Shown here: in pieces, positions 29,949 to 39,327 of the stretch
How the letters are laid out: the number at the start of each line of letters is the position of its first letter
Numbering within the stretch: position 1 is the first letter of the stretch
From: Ignavibacteriota bacterium
GTDB taxonomy: Bacteria; Bacteroidota; Ignavibacteria; UBA10030
Length of the DNA: 64,000 bases
Assembly (NCBI GenBank): GCA_963790045.1
Contig: CAWBMS010000013.1
Span: 19,085-83,084, forward strand
Reading direction: 5' to 3'
Position numbers and translations under genes: made by a program
Notes under the pieces: model-generated
The model's input: the letters and a program-made list of their open reading frames with translations, nothing else
The model's database searches: none
Told to the model about the DNA's origin: nothing

Positions 29949-30402
29949 TTGTATCCTTTAAATTTAATGAGATATCTATAACAATAAACTAATTAATACT
30001 ATTAACCATAATATAAAAAAGCTCGTTCAATGTCAAGAGTTGTGTAAAAATAATTATGCAGCCAGCAATAATATGGGCTTCTCCTTTTCAGATATTCACA
30101 TCTAGATAAAATACCAGAGCTCCTATATCCAGTTCCTCATCCTTTTTTCTTCATGATGTTTCATCAGGATTCCTGTAGGAAGTCACCGAAAATTTTTCTA
30201 TCTTATTCATAGTCGCAAGTTGCGACAGCCGCATCCGTGCCTTTGGGCATCGGGAGCGGGCATTTGAGACTCGCTCTCCGATGATAAAAAGTAAAGTAGT
30301 GCACGGGAACCTCCAGGACCTTTCTGCAGTTTTTCCCCAGTGTTTCATTTTGCGCCTTCTATCTTTTGCAGCGCGTTTCGTATTTATTTCATAAGGATAT
30401 TT

Positions 30403-32061
30403 ATGCCTTTTACCAAACTTGGCCTTAACGACCAATTAGTGCAGGGAATTCTTGCAACAGGATACTCGACACCAACACCCATTCAATCACAAGCAATTCC
30501 ATTAGCCGTTGCAGGCCGCGATATTATCGGATGCGCACAAACGGGCACCGGGAAAACTGCGGCGTTCATGCCGCCGATGCTGAATTTATTTCTCAATCAT
30601 CCTTCAAACAAAGGACACCTCACACGCGGATTAGTGTTAACACCAACGCGTGAACTTGCACAGCAGGTCGATGAATTTTCTGTTGCCTACGGACGCTTTA
30701 CAAATTTGCAAAGCACCTCTATTTATGGCGGCGTGAATATGAGCAACCAAATCAAACGCCTTCAACGCGGCGTCGATATTGTTGTTGCAACGCCGGGACG
30801 ATTGTTAGATCACCTCAATCGCCGCACCGTGAATTTATCACACGTGGAATTTTTAGTGATCGATGAAGCAGATCGCATGTTCGATATGGGATTCATTCAA
30901 GATGTGAAAAAAATTATATCGTACGTTCCGGCAAAACGCCAAACATTATTGTTTTCGGCGACAATGTCGCCGGAAGTACGATCGCTCGTCGGAGCAATTC
31001 AACAAAATCCTGAACAAATCGAAATCGGCGAACGGCGTAAGCCGGTGGAAACTGTACGGCAAAAATTTTATTCCGTGCCGCAAGATGCAAAAATCGATTT
31101 GCTGCTGCATATTTTCCACACACAGGAATTAGACAGCGTCCTGATTTTCTCGCGCACCAAACATGGCGCAGACCGGATTTCGAAAAAATTAGAACATGCA
31201 GGAATAAAATCCGTTGCAATCCATTCCAACAGAACTCAAGCACAGCGGCAAAACGCACTTGCAGGATTTAAGCAAGGCCGCTATAAAGTGATGGTTGCCA
31301 CCGATATTGCTGCACGCGGTATCGATGTTGAAGGCATTTCACACGTCATCAATTACGACACGCCGGCATTTGCAGAAGACTATATTCACCGCATCGGACG
31401 GACGGGGCGCGCTTCCGCTACCGGCGACGCAATAACGTTTGTCGGCAGCGATGAACGAAATTATTTTAAGAAGATCGAACGGTACACCGAGAAAAATTTT
31501 GATCTTGCTCCTTATCCCGGATTTGAACGCTCGAAGAAAGCACCTATTGCGGAGCGGTCGGCAGAAGAAAACTCTTCGCAGGAACGGCGATATGAGCGTT
31601 CACGCCAGCATGACGGACAACGACGCGATGGAGGACATCGTGATCGTTCACAAAGCAACTTCCGACGCGATGACAAGCCGCGCAGTTTCGCTGAACGAAA
31701 GCCGCAGCATGACGGCGAACGTAATAATGATAAACCACGAGGATTTTCAGAACGAAGACCTCAGCGTAATAATGATGAACGCCGCGAACGTCCGCACGGA
31801 ACCACACAACACAGCAACGATAGACGTGAACGTCCAAAAGGCGGAGTCACACGATATGGCGAGCGTATCGATACGCGCAACCAAGCTGCTCGCGGTACAG
31901 AATATCCGAGAAAGCGTTCCACATTCGTTGATCCATCAAAAGCCAAAGCGCCCGCGCCGGAAACGGACTGGCGTTCGTTAGTAGAATCGATGAGTGAAGA
32001 ACGCAGCGGCGGCAAGCTGAAGAAAAAACTGAAGCGCCTGTTCACGCGCGATAAAGAATAA
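30403..32061 (+). CDS. DEAD-box ATP-dependent RNA helicase with Arg/Asp/Glu-rich C-terminal tail
   Basis: Q-motif TPTPIQ, AQTGTGKTAAF, DEAD, SAT, HRIGRTGR. Start taken at MPFTKLGL (AAGGA Shine-Dalgarno). Confidence 0.9.
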   Translation: MPFTKLGLNDQLVQGILATGYSTPTPIQSQAIPLAVAGRDIIGCAQTGTGKTAAFMPPMLNLFLNHPSNKGHLTRGLVLTPTRELAQQVDEFSVAYGRFTNLQSTSIYGGVNMSNQIKRLQRGVDIVVATPGRLLDHLNRRTVNLSHVEFLVIDEADRMFDMGFIQDVKKIISYVPAKRQTLLFSATMSPEVRSLVGAIQQNPEQIEIGERRKPVETVRQKFYSVPQDAKIDLLLHIFHTQELDSVLIFSRTKHGADRISKKLEHAGIKSVAIHSNRTQAQRQNALAGFKQGRYKVMVATDIAARGIDVEGISHVINYDTPAFAEDYIHRIGRTGRASATGDAITFVGSDERNYFKKIERYTEKNFDLAPYPGFERSKKAPIAERSAEENSSQERRYERSRQHDGQRRDGGHRDRSQSNFRRDDKPRSFAERKPQHDGERNNDKPRGFSERRPQRNNDERRERPHGTTQHSNDRRERPKGGVTRYGERIDTRNQAARGTEYPRKRSTFVDPSKAKAPAPETDWRSLVESMSEERSGGKLKKKLKRLFTRDKE

Positions 32062-32078
32062 TCATTCCCATCATAATC

Positions 32079-32114
32079 AACGCCATCTTTTCTCAACAAG
32101 AAGATGGCGTTTTC
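32079..32114 (+). terminator. rho-independent terminator after the helicase
   Basis: Perfect 11-bp stem aacgccatctt/aagatggcgtt followed by TTT. Confidence 0.6.
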
Positions 32115-32195
32115 AGTTTCTTCCTTCTTGCTTTTCCAATCCTCATTGATGAAATTATAGGTGTAATGACCGAATGTTCATTTTGATGGAATCGT

Positions 32196-33884
32196 ATGAA
32201 ACCGCTTTCACTTATCTTCATCCTTACACTGTTTGCTTTTTCCTGCAAACCGAAAGAACAATCAAAACCCGAAAATGATCCAATGACTCTCGCACAACAA
32301 ATTTCTCGCTTTGCTCCTACTCCCATCACCGCAGATGTTTCCAAACTTTCCGCGAATGACCGGAAAGCGCTTGAGAAGATTATTGACGCTGCACGATTGA
32401 TGGATCAAATTTATTTCCGTCAGGTGTGGAGCGGCAATCCCGATGTGCTGCACCAACTTCAAGCCGACACGACACAGGAAGGCAAAGAGCGGCTCCATTA
32501 TTTTCAGATCAACATAAGCCCATGGTCAGCGCTTGACCGCGATACGCCGTTTGTTGCCGGTGTACCAGAGCAGCGTCCCGCCGGAGCAAATTATTATCCA
32601 ACGGATATGAGTAAAGAAGAATTCACCGCATGGTTAAATGGATTGCCGGAGAAAGAAAAAGAGCAGGCAACCGGATTTTTCTCTACTATTCATCGCGGCG
32701 CTGATGGAAAATTAAAAAGTGTTCCATATAACGAAGAATATAACGAGTGGCTTACGCCGGCCGCAAAACTTTTGAAAGAAGCTGCCGCATTAACGACAAA
32801 CAAGACGTTGAAAAAATATCTCACCGCGCGCGCCGATGCATTTCTTTCTAACGATTATTATGCAAGCGATGTTGCGTGGATGGAATTGGATGCGCCCATC
32901 GACGTAACGATCGGGCCGTATGAAACGTATATGGATGAATTGTTCAATTACAAAGCAGCGTTTGAAGTGTTTGTTACCTTGCGAGATGAAGTTGAATCGG
33001 CAAAGTTAGAAAAGTTTGGAAGCTACTTACAGGACATCGAAAACAATCTTCCCATCGATCCGAAATACCGCAATCCAAAACTTGCAGCTTTGTCACCGAT
33101 TCGTGTGGTGGATGTCGTGTATGCGGCAGGCGAAGGAAACCGCGGCGTGCAAACTGCAGCATACAATCTTCCGAACGATGAGCGTGTCGTGCGTGAAAAA
33201 GGATCGAAACGTGTGCTGCTGAAAAACATGCAGGAAGCAAAATTCAACAAGGTTCTTGTTCCTATTTCCCACCTTGTATTAGATTCAACGCAGCAAAGCA
33301 ATGTTTCGTTCGATGCATTCTTTACACACATTTTGTGTCACGAGTTAATGCACGGGCTCGGACCACACAACATCACGGTCAATGGAAAAGCAACCACCGT
33401 CCGCAAAGAATTGCAGGATTTATATTCCGCCATCGAAGAAGCAAAAGCAGATATTACAGGATTGTTTGCGTTACAGTTATTAATCGACAAAGGATCGCTC
33501 GATAAAAAATTAGAACAAGAAATGTACACAACATATCTTGCCAGTATGTTTCGCTCCGTACGATTCGGAACCAACGAGGCGCACGGCAAAGGTGTTGCGA
33601 TCCAATTTAATTATCTCACTTTAGAAGGCGGAATTACCATTGATGAAACAAGCGGGAAGTTCAGCATCGATCAAAGCAAAATTAAAGATGCTGTCACAAA
33701 GTTGACGGGCGAGATTTTGACATTACAAGCCGAAGGATCCTATGAAAAAGCAAAAGCGCTTTGCGATAGATTCGGTATTATTCATCCTGCTATGCAAAAA
33801 GCATTAGACAAACTTTCGAATATTCCGGTGGATATTGAACCGGAATTTACCTTTGTAAAAAAATCAGTAATTGGAATTCGATAA
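32196..33884 (+). CDS. DPP3 (M49)-related zinc metallopeptidase lipoprotein
   Basis: Lipobox FAFSC; HELMHGLGPH and EEAKAD motifs resemble HExxxH/EExxAE of M49. Confidence 0.65.
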   Translation: MKPLSLIFILTLFAFSCKPKEQSKPENDPMTLAQQISRFAPTPITADVSKLSANDRKALEKIIDAARLMDQIYFRQVWSGNPDVLHQLQADTTQEGKERLHYFQINISPWSALDRDTPFVAGVPEQRPAGANYYPTDMSKEEFTAWLNGLPEKEKEQATGFFSTIHRGADGKLKSVPYNEEYNEWLTPAAKLLKEAAALTTNKTLKKYLTARADAFLSNDYYASDVAWMELDAPIDVTIGPYETYMDELFNYKAAFEVFVTLRDEVESAKLEKFGSYLQDIENNLPIDPKYRNPKLAALSPIRVVDVVYAAGEGNRGVQTAAYNLPNDERVVREKGSKRVLLKNMQEAKFNKVLVPISHLVLDSTQQSNVSFDAFFTHILCHELMHGLGPHNITVNGKATTVRKELQDLYSAIEEAKADITGLFALQLLIDKGSLDKKLEQEMYTTYLASMFRSVRFGTNEAHGKGVAIQFNYLTLEGGITIDETSGKFSIDQSKIKDAVTKLTGEILTLQAEGSYEKAKALCDRFGIIHPAMQKALDKLSNIPVDIEPEFTFVKKSVIGIR

Positions 33885-33911
33885 TCATACGCATGGAGTT
33901 TAAAATTCAAT

Positions 33912-34451
33912 ATGCCACAAACACAAGAAACAAAGAATCAAAAACAATCTCCAGAAAAACGTCGATGGATTATTGGTGTGATCGCTATTCTTATTATCGC
34001 AGCAATTGCGTTCATTGTTATGCCGAAAAAATCACACGATGCCACTTCCGATCCGAGTACACCAATGTTTAAGAAACAAGGCACTCTGACGTTTCTTGGA
34101 ACAGACAAAAAGCAGATTACAACAATCAATATTGAAATTGCTGATGATGACAATAAGCGTGAAGTTGGATTGATGGGCAGGCCGACGATGGAAGAACAGC
34201 AGGGAATGCTTTTTATTTTCGAGCAGCCACAGATTCAATCATTCTGGATGCACAATACGATTCTTCCGCTCGACATGTTGTTCATTGATACGAATGGAAT
34301 TATCAAAACCATCCATAAGAATACCACACCGTTCAGTGACCAAACATATCAATCAACTTCGCCGGTGATTTATGTTCTGGAAGTATTAGGCGGATTCACC
34401 GACAAACACAATATTTCTGTCGGTGATCGGATTGAATGGAAACGAGAATAA
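33912..34451 (+). CDS. DUF192 domain protein
   Basis: GLMGR...GMLFIF...FWMHNTILPLDMLFID. Confidence 0.8.
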   Translation: MPQTQETKNQKQSPEKRRWIIGVIAILIIAAIAFIVMPKKSHDATSDPSTPMFKKQGTLTFLGTDKKQITTINIEIADDDNKREVGLMGRPTMEEQQGMLFIFEQPQIQSFWMHNTILPLDMLFIDTNGIIKTIHKNTTPFSDQTYQSTSPVIYVLEVLGGFTDKHNISVGDRIEWKRE

Positions 34452-34471
34452 TCGGCGACGACGGAATTCCC

Positions 34472-34792
34472 ATGAAAATGAAATTGAATATTCTCATCAT
34501 TTTTTTTATTGTCTCGTCGTTCGCTGGATGTACCACGACCAAAGAAATGACTGCAGGAAAAAAAGTATTCACCGGTTCTATCAAAGTCATTGGCAACGAA
34601 CCATTCACTTCATTAGCGCTTCAAACTTCAACAGGAAAAACGTACATCCTGCAGTGCCCTTCCAACATTCGGAGGGCATTGTTGAGCCATCAAGGATATC
34701 AAACAACGGTGTGGTACGATAGTGTGAAACAAACACTATCTGGACAAGCACTGCATGTTATCGATGCTGACACAGCATTTATAGCGCATTAA
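34472..34792 (+). CDS. small lipoprotein (hypothetical)
   Basis: MKMKLNILIIFFIVSSFAGC lipobox. Confidence 0.5.
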   Translation: MKMKLNILIIFFIVSSFAGCTTTKEMTAGKKVFTGSIKVIGNEPFTSLALQTSTGKTYILQCPSNIRRALLSHQGYQTTVWYDSVKQTLSGQALHVIDADTAFIAH

Positions 34793-34811
34793 ATTCTGAA
34801 AGGATGGCAAC

Positions 34812-37107
34812 GTGTTCAAACTGCCAGCAAGAAAATTATTTTATTTAGCGCTTTTTATTCCGATCATCGCACTTCCGTTGATTGCACAGCAAGATGCGGT
34901 GCGATCAACCATTTCCTCGTCGCAAAAAACAAGCTACCCGCTTCCCGGTTCGCTGTTCTTACAAAAACAGGAACAAGCAATTCATGCATACATTCGATTA
35001 CATCCTGAAGCAATTCAACGCTCCAATGCATTGCACAAAGCAACTACGTGGGGATTCACTGTCGGTTCTACGCACAGTTGGTATGCCGATAATTTGGTAA
35101 CTAACACCCGTTATGCTGTGCCTTCGACTTGCCGGGCGGTTGGAGACAACTGTTATATTTTTGTGGAAGATGCAAACTGGACGGATGGAAAGAGTGGACG
35201 TGTAACTCAAGCTATTGTCGATTCGGTGCGTCTTGCGTTCGATTCTGGTACTCCTGCCAATGGTTCGCTGGGAATTTTTCAAATGGATACCGCTGCGTTT
35301 GGCACGCCTCCAGATGTCGATAACGATCCGCGTATCATCATTCTTTTACTGGATATCAAAGATGGATACAGCGGCAGCGGCGGATATATTGCCGGATATT
35401 TCTTTGGGTATAACGAGATGCCTATCTCAACTCAATATCCAACAAGCAACCATGCCCGAAATATATTTCCTCGATGTCAATCCTGCAGACCTGACGACAA
35501 CGACAGGTCTCACGGATGGATTATCGACCACCGCACACGAGTTCCAGCACATGATTCATTTCAATTATACCAACATCTTGAATAACAACATCAGTCGGAT
35601 GGCTTTTATTAATGAAGGATGTTCTGTTCTCGCCGAAGTCAATGCGGGCTATGCTATTTATGATCAAAGCGGCTACGACAATGAAACTAATCATTATCTT
35701 TTTGATTGGCGCGATAACAAGGACACCGTGCTAAAGGATTATTCACGAGCTGCTCGCTTCTTTACGTACATTCGCGATCAAGTCGGCATCGGTGTCTTTA
35801 AAGATATCGTCAACAGCAAATACGATGGTGTGGACAATCTTAATGATGCGTTGACACGATTTGGAAGTTCCATGCGGTTTGCAGATATTTTACAAAATTG
35901 GTTTATTGCCAACACACTGAACGATAGAACAGTCGATCCGAAGTACGGATATTTGTATCCCAATTTACCATCAGTGAACGGATTGAACTATTACAATCCC
36001 AATGTTTCGTTGACTACCGATACAATAAAAAATTATGCCGCGCGGTATCTCGATTATAAAGACGGTGCTCAACTTGCAGCAACATTCACCGAAACCAATC
36101 CAGCGTTGATCGTCAAAGCTGTTGAAACCGGCCCGACTTCAAAACGTGTTGTCTCTGTACCAAACGGCACAGTGTTTTCAGAACCATTATATGGTTCCAC
36201 ATACACCGATATTCATTTTATTGTGATGAACACCGATCCATCCAACGCGTACACGTACACGTATTCTTCCTCCGGAATATCGCAGGAAGTCGAATTAAAA
36301 CACGATGCATCCGAACCAGTAGGCGTTCTTCCACTTGCTGCAGGTGATACTGTTTGTGTCGCCTTTGATGCTGTGCAAGGCGGCAAGTTAGATTCTGTGC
36401 GCGTTGCGCTCAGACGGAGCAGTACCATACGCGCCGGAATTTGGGCATACACCGGCACTAGCAATCCGACACCGCTTGGGCAGCCGTTAGCAATAAATTT
36501 AACAACTGCTGGAACTTCAACGGTCACAGGTGCATATCCTGTTCCTTGGGCTAACTGGGGAACAATCGATCTCCGATCAAAAAACATCAGCACAAATTCT
36601 CCGTTTGCCGTAGGTTTTATTATGGACGGTGCATACTCGGGCACAACGTACAATTACGTGATGGTCACCACTGGTCCTGTAGGAAACGGAGCGACAAGTT
36701 TTACTTATTCTTCGCAAGCCGAGAGCGGAGCACAATGGTATGTTTATTATCCAAGCACGGCTGATACAATTTATTATTATATCGTTCGCGCGTATGTGAG
36801 TTTTAATAGTTCCGATGGAAACGATACAACTAAATTAACGCCTCTTTCTTTTAGTCTCAATCAGAATTTCCCAAATCCGTTCAATCCGACGACAACGATT
36901 CAGTACCAACTACCCGTTCAAGGATTTGTCACATTAAAAGTTTATGATATTTTAGGGCGTGACGTTGCAACGCTCGTGAACCAACCGATGTCGGACGGAC
37001 CACACACTGCTACATTCAATGGTTCACGTTTTTCCAGCGGTGTATATTTTTATCGCATCACAACAAATAACTTTACCGAAACAAAAAAAATGCTGCTGTT
37101 GAAATGA
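34812..37107 (+). pseudogene. secreted HExxH metalloprotease (M30 hyicolysin-like) with T9SS C-terminal sorting domain; +1 frame change near 35457
   Basis: Signal peptide...GYIAGYFFGYNE...SNHA in frame 1. Skipping one C of CCC (35455-35457) gives EIYFLDVNP...TAHEFQHMIHFNY... The protein ends FPNPFNPTTTIQYQLP...VYFYRI..., a Por/T9SS CTD. Confidence 0.75.
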
Positions 37108-37302
37108 GTCGTTGAGTTGTTGAGCCGTAAGTATTTTTGTCGTTGAGTATAATATTGTAGAGACGTGTCACGATGCGCCCAATATGATTACGCAGCATTA
37201 CTTTTTTAGTCAATCTCCTTATGTTACCAGCAAAATTGAAATTCAGGACATTATCTATTCGAGAATCTTCCGTATATTCTTTTTAAGATTGAAAGAGTAT
37301 TT

Positions 37303-37973
37303 ATGGCAGTCGTTTCGATAAAAGGTTATCAAGAACAAATTTCTGTCGGAAAAATTTTGTGCATCGGGCAGAATTACGCTGCACACGCGAAAGAAATGCA
37401 GAGCGATATTTCAAAATCGCCGATCTTCTTTCTTAAACCACCGACAGCAATCATTCACGATGGCGAACACATCGTTCTTCCTTCCATCTCCAATAATGTG
37501 CATCACGAAGTGGAACTTACTGTCTTGATCGGTACCGGTGGAAAAAATATTCCGCGCGAACATGCGATGCAGCATGTTGCCGGTTACGGCATCGGATTAG
37601 ATATGACGATGCGTGATCTCCAAATGGAAGCAAAAAAACAAGGACAGCCATGGACACTCGCTAAAGGTTTCGATACCTCTGCACCGATTTCGGAATTCCT
37701 TCCCGTAACAATTGTTGGAGATCCATCAACACTTGGCGTGCAACTTCATGTCAACGGTGTATCCGGCAATCATCAAAAACAAATAATCTTATTTTTCCGG
37801 TTGATGTGTTGATCGCTTACATTTCACAATTTATCACGCTGGAACGCGGCGACATTATTTACACCGGCACACCGGAAGGCGTTTCGCGTGTCACGCACGG
37901 CGACACACTTGAAGCAGCATTATTGAACGCCGCCGGGAACACCATCGTTTCGCTCAACGTCTCTGTTCAATAA
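37303..37973 (+). pseudogene. fumarylacetoacetate hydrolase (FAH) family protein; -1 frame change near 37762
   Basis: ILCIGQNYAAHAKEM...FFLKPPTA...HHEVEL in frame 1. The other frame continues RQSSKTNNLIFPVDVLIAYISQFITLERGDIIYTGTPEGV... to the stop at 37971-37973. Confidence 0.8.
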
Positions 37974-37976
37974 AGC

Positions 37977-38357
37977 ATGAAACCGAAACTCAAAGAATTT
38001 TTCTCCAGCAACGAGAATGCGATATTTTCATGGTTCATTATTCTCGCTGTCGTAGCGCTGGGAATTAACTTCAACATCAAAGGCAGCATCATCGCCGCCG
38101 TCATCGTGCTCGTGGGATTTGCGGGGCAAGCATTTACCGCATCAATTGCTTTGATCGGTTTAATTCCCGTTGTCGGACCGATCATCGCTCACGTGCTTGC
38201 CTTGCCATTCATCTGGATCCTTAACGGCATCGGATATCTTGTCTCGCTCGTTGCCATTAAACGAGGTTATTCAAAAGACGTTATCAGCTACCGAGGTCTA
38301 ACGGTCGCACTTCTGGTCGGAATCACGATCGGATTCATTCTGGGCAAGCTGTTATAA
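37977..38357 (+). CDS. small membrane protein (hypothetical)
   Basis: 126 aa with four hydrophobic segments. Confidence 0.5.
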   Translation: MKPKLKEFFSSNENAIFSWFIILAVVALGINFNIKGSIIAAVIVLVGFAGQAFTASIALIGLIPVVGPIIAHVLALPFIWILNGIGYLVSLVAIKRGYSKDVISYRGLTVALLVGITIGFILGKLL

Positions 38358-38402
38358 CACAATATCTGTTTTTAATCTTTTATTTTAGTACCTTTTTATT
38401 CG

Positions 38403-39218
38403 ATGACAAAGATCATAGCCATAGCAATTTCCAAGGGCGGCGTCGGGAAAACAACGACCGCGGTGAACCTTGCTGCAAGTTTAGCCGTACTGGAAAAACG
38501 CGTGCTGTTGTTAGACACCGATCCGTTCGGTGCATGCAGTTTGTCGCTGGGATTCACACCAGAAAAAATCACCGGCGGCTTGTATGAAGTATTTAATTTT
38601 ATCCATTCCATGCCGCAAGTCATTCATCGGACAGATTTAGCATTTTTGGATTTTGTACCTGCGAACATTACGACTCCCAATGCGGAAGAACGTATTATGC
38701 GCCTTGCGGAAAATCGTACCCTGCTTAAAAATATTTTGCGCTCCGTCGCTCCGCATTACGATTACGTCATCATCGATACGCCGCCGTTCCTTCGCGGCTT
38801 AACGACGAATGCACTTACCTGCGCAGATTCTGTTTTAATTCCAATTCGTTCCGGGCATTTTTCGTTAGAAGGAATAGACAAGCTGATGAAGCATTTCGAT
38901 TGGATTCGAGAAGCAGCAAACAAAACACTGCAGGTAGAAGGTATTGTACAAACTATGTACGAGCCAAATACCAAAGTGACGGAAATTACCAACCGTGAAC
39001 TGCAACTTCGGTATCGAAAATATCTTCTTCGCACCATCATTCCCCGCAATACACATCTTGCTGAAGCAGCATTTTACGGAAAACCTGCCGTGCTGTTCAA
39101 CGCAACATCCAAAGGCACGCTTGCCTATCTCGATCTCGCACAGGAATTAATCGCACGTCATCAAGCAGCAGCACCTGCTGAGCAACCGGCAAACATCCTG
39201 CCGTTGATGCAGGCGTAA
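38403..39218 (+). CDS. ParA/Soj-type ATPase (no adjacent parB)
   Basis: AISKGGVGKTTTAVNLA deviant Walker A; IIDTPP. Confidence 0.85.
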   Translation: MTKIIAIAISKGGVGKTTTAVNLAASLAVLEKRVLLLDTDPFGACSLSLGFTPEKITGGLYEVFNFIHSMPQVIHRTDLAFLDFVPANITTPNAEERIMRLAENRTLLKNILRSVAPHYDYVIIDTPPFLRGLTTNALTCADSVLIPIRSGHFSLEGIDKLMKHFDWIREAANKTLQVEGIVQTMYEPNTKVTEITNRELQLRYRKYLLRTIIPRNTHLAEAAFYGKPAVLFNATSKGTLAYLDLAQELIARHQAAAPAEQPANILPLMQA

Positions 39219-39284
39219 TGCTTTTCTTCGCACGTTGATTTCATTCCACTTTTTTCGTTAATTGAAGTACGCAATAATATCAGC

Positions 39285-39309
39285 GGCAGCGTGTGCTGCC
39301 TATTTTTTT
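39285..39309 (+). terminator. short GC stem plus T-run after parA
   Basis: ggcagc-gtgt-gctgcc followed by TATTTTTTT. Confidence 0.5.
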
Positions 39310-39327
39310 ATCTCCAAGTAATCATTG

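Noticed and set aside
30151-30435. 94-aa minus-strand ORF upstream of the helicase.
   Set aside because: It overlaps the helicase start and leader. It is basic and low-complexity, with no Shine-Dalgarno. It is more likely untranslated leader sequence.
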